From Chloroflexota bacterium (GTDB taxonomy: Bacteria; Chloroflexota; Anaerolineae; Aggregatilineales; Ch27), in NCBI GenBank assembly GCA_019873685.1, contig JAIOAT010000005.1, positions 65,428 through 129,427 of the forward strand: DNA of 64,000 bases. The letters run 5' to 3'. Shown in pieces: positions 59,158 to 64,000 of this stretch. The notes below the pieces were generated by a model. It searched no databases, was not told the origin of the DNA, and saw only the letters and a list, made by a program, of their open reading frames with translations. Every line of letters starts with the position of its first letter. The stretch's first letter is position 1. Position numbers and translations under genes: made by a program.

Positions 59158-60093
59158 TTACCCATGACTACCGTTGTCAAACAGGCCATCAACGTACTGA
59201 TCGGGGTTGAAGAACAGCAGATCGTGAATGGTCTCGCCCACGCCGATGTACTGCACCGGGAGCTTGAGTTCCTGGTAGATGGCGAAGATCATGCCGCCTT
59301 TGGCAGTGCTATCCAGCTTGGTGACGATCGCGCCGGTGACCTGCACCGTCTCCTGGAAGTGCCGGGCCTGGCTGAGGGCGTTCTGACCAGTCGTCCCATC
59401 CAGAACCAGCAGCGTCTCGTGAGGTGCGTCCGGGATCACCTTGCGGATCACGCCGCGCACCTTCGCCAGTTCTTCCATCAGGTTGAACTTGGTGTGCAGT
59501 CGCCCGGCGGTATCCACAATCAGCAGGTCATGCCCGCGTGCGCGGGCCGCCTGTACCGCGTCATAGACGACCGCCCCCGGGTCTGAATGGGGCTGCCCTG
59601 CGATCACTGGCACGCCAGCGCGTTCCCCCCACAGCTGCAACTGTTCGATCGCCGCAGCGCGGAAAGTATCCCCCGCTGCCAGCAACGGACGCCGACCAGC
59701 GTTGCGCAGCCGGTAAGCCAGCTTGCCAATGGTGGTCGTCTTGCCGCAACCATTGACCCCAACAATGAAGATCACCGACAGATCGCGCCCGCTGATGTTC
59801 ATCGGCGGCGGATCGTCCAGCAATCCGCGCAATTCTTCCTTGAGCGCCTGCTGGAGCTGCCCCTGGCGGGTGATGCCTTCCCGGCGCACCCGCCCGCGCA
59901 TCCGTTCAACCAGACGTAGCGTCGTTTCCACGCCAACATCAGCCTGGATGAGCAGGCTCTCGACCTCATCCCACGTGTCGTCATCGATCTCGGTGACCCC
60001 CAGCGTCTGGGCGATCCGCCCGAAGAACGACTGACGGGTTCGTTGTAAGCCTTTGCGCAGCGACTCCAATGACGCCTCCCACCTTCCATCCAT
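59158..60093 (-). CDS. ftsY: Signal recognition particle receptor FtsY
   Basis: NG domain blocks GVNGCGKTTTIGKLA, DTFRAAAIEQL, DTAGRLH, TKLDSTAKGG and GVGE. I chose the start at MDGRWEASLESLRKGL. Confidence 0.92.
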   Translation of the reverse strand: MDGRWEASLESLRKGLQRTRQSFFGRIAQTLGVTEIDDDTWDEVESLLIQADVGVETTLRLVERMRGRVRREGITRQGQLQQALKEELRGLLDDPPPMNISGRDLSVIFIVGVNGCGKTTTIGKLAYRLRNAGRRPLLAAGDTFRAAAIEQLQLWGERAGVPVIAGQPHSDPGAVVYDAVQAARARGHDLLIVDTAGRLHTKFNLMEELAKVRGVIRKVIPDAPHETLLVLDGTTGQNALSQARHFQETVQVTGAIVTKLDSTAKGGMIFAIYQELKLPVQYIGVGETIHDLLFFNPDQYVDGLFDNGSHG

Positions 60094-60170
60094 CGTCCAG
60101 AGCGTCGAGAGTATACCAGAGCGGCAACGCACCCGACAAATGCCCTGCGTTCCCCGTTCTCTCCGGCGCG

Positions 60171-60179
60171 TGCTATAAT
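60171..60179 (+). promoter_or_regulatory. Extended -10 element TGCTATAAT upstream of rnc
   Basis: Read directly, 45 nt upstream of the GTG start at 60224. Confidence 0.4.
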
Positions 60180-60223
60180 GACGCCTGTAAGCGTCTTTGT
60201 ACAGTACGGATTAGAGAGTCATC

Positions 60224-61315
60224 GTGACCGCAAAACACGATCTTGCTGATATTCAGCAGACCCTGAAGCTGCGCTTTGTTGATCAATCGCTACTCAAACG
60301 GGCGCTGACCCACCGCTCGTATATCAATGAGCATCCTGATGACGCTCTGGACGATAACGAACGCCTCGAATTCCTGGGCGACGCCGTCCTCGATTTCATC
60401 ACCGGCGAATGGCTCTACCATCGCTTCCCGGAGATGCGCGAGGGTCGCCTGACCCGCCTCCGTGCGGCACTGGTGAGGACGGAAAACCTGGCTGACCTGG
60501 GCGTCCAGTGCTCGCTGGGCGACGCCATTTTGCTGGGACGAGGCGAAGAGGAAAGCGGCGGTCGGGAGCGGCAGGCCAACCTGTGTTGCGCCTTCGAAGC
60601 CCTGATCGGGGCGTTATACCTTGACCAGGGAATCGAAGCCGTCAAGAAGTTTGTGCTGCCGCGCTTTGAACCAGCGCTTCAGCAAATCCTGCGCACCGAC
60701 GCCGACAAAGATGCCAAGAGCCTGCTTCAGGAATGGAGTCAGGCGCAACTGGGTCTCACGCCAACTTATCGGACGGTGCAGGCTACCGGGCCTGACCACA
60801 ACAAAGAATTCACCGTCGAAGTCGTCATTGGCGATGAAGTCTATGGCCGGGGAGTCGGGCACAGCAAACAGATTGCCGCTCAGGAAGCCGCCCGCAATGC
60901 CCTCCAGCACATTGAAACGGACGCGAACCAGGGCGCAGCTGGAGCGGGAAACACGAGGCAAAGATGTCCCTACTGCCAGCGAACAGAGGGGCAAGTCAAA
61001 GCCGGACGGAACGCCTCGGGAAGCCAGCGCTTCAAGTGCCAGTTCTGCCAGCGGAAGTACACGCCCAAACCCAACCCGCAGGGGTACAGCGGCAAGGTGC
61101 GGCACCAGGCGATCCAGATGTACCGCGACGGCATGAGCTTCCGCCAAATCGCTCGCACGCTGCGCGTTGCCCACCGCACCGTCATCAACTGGATCAATGA
61201 CTACGTCGCTCAGCACGCTGAACAGTCACCGGCTTCTTCGAAAGACCCGGGCCACAGTGAGGCGGACAAACAATCTGTCGCTGCAGGCCGCAGGAAAAAG
61301 AAGTCAACCCCGTGA
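60224..61315 (+). CDS. rnc: Ribonuclease III with an in-frame C-terminal IS1-type InsA-like zinc-ribbon + HTH extension
   Basis: RNase III signature NERLEFLGDAVLDFI and a dsRBD (DAKSLLQEWSQ..FTVEVVIGDEVYGRGVGHSKQIAAQEAARNALQHI). The ORF then continues with ..RCPYCQRTEGQVKAGRNASGSQRFKCQFCQRKYTPKP..HQAIQMYRDGMSFRQIARTLRVAHRTVINWINDY. Total length is 363 aa, against about 230 aa for a typical RNase III. Confidence 0.85.
   Translation: MTAKHDLADIQQTLKLRFVDQSLLKRALTHRSYINEHPDDALDDNERLEFLGDAVLDFITGEWLYHRFPEMREGRLTRLRAALVRTENLADLGVQCSLGDAILLGRGEEESGGRERQANLCCAFEALIGALYLDQGIEAVKKFVLPRFEPALQQILRTDADKDAKSLLQEWSQAQLGLTPTYRTVQATGPDHNKEFTVEVVIGDEVYGRGVGHSKQIAAQEAARNALQHIETDANQGAAGAGNTRQRCPYCQRTEGQVKAGRNASGSQRFKCQFCQRKYTPKPNPQGYSGKVRHQAIQMYRDGMSFRQIARTLRVAHRTVINWINDYVAQHAEQSPASSKDPGHSEADKQSVAAGRRKKKSTP
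60965..61315 (+). mobile_element. IS1-family transposase N-terminal (InsA-like) module only; remnant or domesticated, no DDE domain and no recognisable inverted repeats
   Basis: The CxxC..CxxC ribbon followed by an HTH matches the InsA layout. Both alternative frames close within about 20 codons after the A-rich run at 61292-61303. Downstream, 61316-61479 is lower-GC non-coding sequence. Confidence 0.5.
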
Positions 61316-61479
61316 TGTAAGTGCAGCAGAGCAGTTGCAGTACTGACTGTTGGAGTGGGGTACAGCTCTCCAGCCTCTCCCCAATATCTTGAGACTCTGC
61401 AGGACTACAGATTATCTGCGATTCCGGGTGTTCCTGACTCTATCCCCCCAGCATAAGCAGATCGACGAGCCGGCCTGAC

Positions 61480-63585
61480 CTACTTGCTGAGGTCGATTTC
61501 CACCACCGCCAGCCGGTGATCGGAAGCATCGCGAGCCAGAACACCGCGCCCTGTCGGCAGTACATTGCGCAACCAGAGGTAGTCAAAGCGCAACTGGATC
61601 GCCTCGCCACGCAACAACGTCGCTGCCCGATCAGCCGCGAGTCCATCAAAAGGATCGCTGAAGCCAACCTCCACCAGGCGCTCATACAGCGCCGAATCCG
61701 GTGTGTTATTGAATGTGCCGCCCAAAATGACGCGCCCGACTACCCCACCCGGATGGTCGGTCCCGATCAGCGCCAGAACCTCCTGGAGTTGCAGCCATTG
61801 ATCCTGTTGCTGTAGCTCCAGAACACTGGACTCCCGCGCATACAGCAGCCCCAGCCAGGTGTTATATACGTCCAGCACGCCTTCATCAGGCCGGACCTGC
61901 ACCCGCTGCACGCCCGTTTGCATCCCCTGACTCGTCAACAGCGTGCCTGTCGCCAGCGTGATCGGTATCCGCGAAAGGACGGCCAGCCCCTGCAGCGATT
62001 CGTTGGTGGGGAAGAAGCGCACTTCCATCCCCAGCCGGCGCCCCAACCACAGCGCCTGATCCACGCCAAAGGACACCAACCGGCCAGCATCCACCTCCTG
62101 GAGCAACACCACATCGGCCCCGCTTTCCCAGATCGTATTGGCCATCTCCGCCAGGTTGTAGTCAAAGTACAGACTATAACCGCCATGAATGTTGTAGGTG
62201 GCAACACGCATTCGATCGGTATTGTCCGTCCGGGCAACTACCGGTGGCAGCACAGCCAGCGTCACCAGGATCGCGCTGGCAAAGACGCTTCCCACCCCGG
62301 CCAGTGTCTCCACGACCGCCGCCCGCTGCCAGGGAATGCGCCGTCGCGCATCCATCATCGGGATGGCCGCCAGCGCCACGCCGACCAGCATCACACCCAG
62401 CCCCATCCCACGCATAGCGCGCAGCAGGTGACTCAACCCGGCCAGCCCGCCGCCAAAATCGCGCACAAAGGCGTACTCATACGTGAAGAAATCAGCACTA
62501 AAGAGCAGAGCCAGAATCACAAACGCCGCCACCAGCGCCAGCCCGGTGATATCGCGCTCTTCCTTGCTAACCGGCCGGGCAATCCACCACAGGTTCAGCG
62601 TCAGCAGGAACTGCGCAACGATCAGCGCTACCGCCGCCACCGCCCCGCTGAAACGTGCCCCGATCACCACCAGCAGGCTGATCAGAACCAGCCAGAACCA
62701 ACCACGCCAGTGGGCATCGACAAGCGTCAGCAGCCGGCGGGCCAGGTCGCGGGCTTCAGGCACCAGCGTGAGCGCCGTTGCCGCTGCCAACCACGGCGCC
62801 ACCATGGCATAATCCGTCCTGCTCCAGTGCGCAACCGCATTGGCCAAACCCAGCAGCGCGCACTGCAGAAACAGGTACGCGCCCAGCGCCAGCCCGCCGC
62901 CCAGGGCAATACCCGAATAGGAGGCTACAGCCCGGAATGGAGCGCCGCCGCTGAAGACCAGCCGAATCACGGCAATCAGCGCCAGGGCAACCGACAGAGC
63001 TGTCTGGATTGGCAGGAACGCCTCCGACCAGGTGATATCCATCGTCTGGCCGTACGCCCGCACGATCTGGTCCAGGGTCAATCCGATCACCAGCAACACC
63101 GCAAAGCGCGCCGGGAATTGCCGGGCCACTGCCGCCAGGTACAGTCCCGCCCCGGCCACGACGATAGCCGCGCCCAGAACGCCGGTGAATGGCTCATTCA
63201 GAGTCATGAACACCCGCCCCATAGCGACTGCCGCCGCCCCCAGCGCGAATGCTACGGGCCGCCGCGCCAGGAGAAAGGCCAGCACCGGCATGAGCGCGGC
63301 CACCACCACGGCCACCACTTCCGCCTGGGCCACCTCAGGCAGGACAGCGCCGGGAGGAGGTGGATCGCTGACGCCCAGGCGCAGCACAATGTCGGCGCTG
63401 GAGACATGGGCATATAACGCCCCAAGCAGAAAGCGTAGCGCCTGGACAAAGAACCAGCCCACCAGACCGGCCTCAAGCAACCAGCCTGCCCGCCAGAAAG
63501 CCTCACGTCGACCCATAGGCCTCGATCCCCTTGCCTGCCCGTAAGGCGCAGCACCACGCCGCGCAGCCCGCACTGTCCACCACAA
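61480..63585 (-). CDS. Polytopic membrane protein with C-terminal endonuclease/exonuclease/phosphatase (EEP) domain
   Basis: The C-terminal 260 aa read RVATYNIHGG..ADVVLLQEVD..SDHRLAVVEIDL, the EEP signature order. The N-terminal 430 aa contain 10 or more TM segments. The start is uncertain (an alternative ATG lies 23 codons in). Confidence 0.8.
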   Translation of the reverse strand: MWWTVRAARRGAAPYGQARGSRPMGRREAFWRAGWLLEAGLVGWFFVQALRFLLGALYAHVSSADIVLRLGVSDPPPPGAVLPEVAQAEVVAVVVAALMPVLAFLLARRPVAFALGAAAVAMGRVFMTLNEPFTGVLGAAIVVAGAGLYLAAVARQFPARFAVLLVIGLTLDQIVRAYGQTMDITWSEAFLPIQTALSVALALIAVIRLVFSGGAPFRAVASYSGIALGGGLALGAYLFLQCALLGLANAVAHWSRTDYAMVAPWLAAATALTLVPEARDLARRLLTLVDAHWRGWFWLVLISLLVVIGARFSGAVAAVALIVAQFLLTLNLWWIARPVSKEERDITGLALVAAFVILALLFSADFFTYEYAFVRDFGGGLAGLSHLLRAMRGMGLGVMLVGVALAAIPMMDARRRIPWQRAAVVETLAGVGSVFASAILVTLAVLPPVVARTDNTDRMRVATYNIHGGYSLYFDYNLAEMANTIWESGADVVLLQEVDAGRLVSFGVDQALWLGRRLGMEVRFFPTNESLQGLAVLSRIPITLATGTLLTSQGMQTGVQRVQVRPDEGVLDVYNTWLGLLYARESSVLELQQQDQWLQLQEVLALIGTDHPGGVVGRVILGGTFNNTPDSALYERLVEVGFSDPFDGLAADRAATLLRGEAIQLRFDYLWLRNVLPTGRGVLARDASDHRLAVVEIDLSK

Positions 63586-63664
63586 CAGAAAGACTGGCAG
63601 ATTGTTTCCTACTGCAGACCTGTCACGCTATAATGGCCCAACCCTCGACAAAAGGAAAAAAGCC

Positions 63665-64000
63665 ATGGAACATGTTGACAAGCTTCTTATCGGCGGCGTT
63701 GTCGTCACCATGAACCAAAACTACGACGTTTTTCCGGATGGCGCAATAGCCGTCAGAGGCAATACCATCGTTGCAGTTGGCCCCCGGGAGACTATCACCG
63801 CTGCCTATACCGCTGCGGAGACACTGGACTGCAGTGGCCAGATCATCATGCCGGGCTTGATCAACGCTCATACACACGCGCCAATGACCCTCCTGCGTGG
63901 TCTAGCGGATGACCTGCGGCTTGATGTCTGGCTGATGGGCTATATGATGCCCGTTGAGCGCGAGTTTGTCAGCCCTGAATTTTGCTACTATGGCACGCTG
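63665..64000 (+). CDS. mtaD: Amidohydrolase, 5-methylthioadenosine/S-adenosylhomocysteine deaminase-like; 3' end beyond the window
   Basis: My own translation from ATG 63665: MEHVDKLLIGGVVVTMNQNYDVFPDGAIAVRGNTIVAVG..IMPGLINAHTHAPMTLLRGLADDLRLDVWL. This carries the metal-binding HxH block of the MtaD/SsnA/guanine-deaminase group. A TATAAT lies at 63627-63632. Confidence 0.75.
   Translation, partial: MEHVDKLLIGGVVVTMNQNYDVFPDGAIAVRGNTIVAVGPRETITAAYTAAETLDCSGQIIMPGLINAHTHAPMTLLRGLADDLRLDVWLMGYMMPVEREFVSPEFCYYGTL

Noticed and set aside
61292-61320. The A-rich run AGGAAAAAGAAG as a functional IS1-style -1 frameshift into an InsB frame.
   Set aside because: The -1 frame hits TAA at 61318-61320 and the +1 frame closes about 16 codons later. 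No DDE-type sequence follows in any frame.

Overview
This is a visibly GC-rich bacterial chromosomal segment. Gene content (many Thr/Pro-linker secreted proteins, YfhO/GT-C-like membrane proteins, Ser/Thr kinases with Ig-like or PBP ectodomains) suggests a Chloroflexota-like organism; that is inference only. I support about 50 protein-coding genes, nearly all housekeeping or metabolic. They include ltaE (partial), an orphan MalK-type ABC ATPase, comEA, a CN-hydrolase homolog, a Gfo/Idh/MocA oxidoreductase with a UROD-family protein, a DASS transporter, and an Lrp regulator with a tryptophanase/tyrosine-phenol-lyase. Further along are an isoaspartyl peptidase, a glycan-assembly membrane cluster, pgeF-yggS-yggT-yggU, a GH31 glucosidase, ftsK, an S1-domain protein, two Ser/Thr kinases, a NUDIX hydrolase and an S9 peptidase. 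The rest are two secreted glycosidase-like proteins, the korDABG 2-oxoacid:ferredoxin oxidoreductase operon, a P-type Ca-ATPase, prfB, ftsY, rnc and mtaD (partial). Three things are invisible in the ORF track. The first is a bacterial type-A RNase P RNA (rnpB, minus strand, about 12684-13065). The second is the programmed +1 frameshift of prfB (CTT TGA C at 59033-59039). The third is ltaE, which is open at the window edge. I found no rRNA, tRNA, CRISPR array, integrase or prophage. The only mobile-element trace is an IS1-type InsA-like zinc-ribbon/HTH module fused in frame to the 3' end of RNase III. Other items worth a second look: a ParB/Srx-fold + ACT + unknown + kinase cluster; a roughly 9-TM/GAF/HTH membrane protein; a membrane-anchored NACHT-like/HEAT protein with a Lys-to-Arg Walker A; a CN-hydrolase with Gly at the catalytic Cys position; a decayed dehydrogenase with two in-frame TAG codons; and several perfect palindromes in divergent control regions. 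I did not find a clear-cut novel multi-gene system such as a defence island. All family assignments come from motif recognition by eye and need database confirmation.
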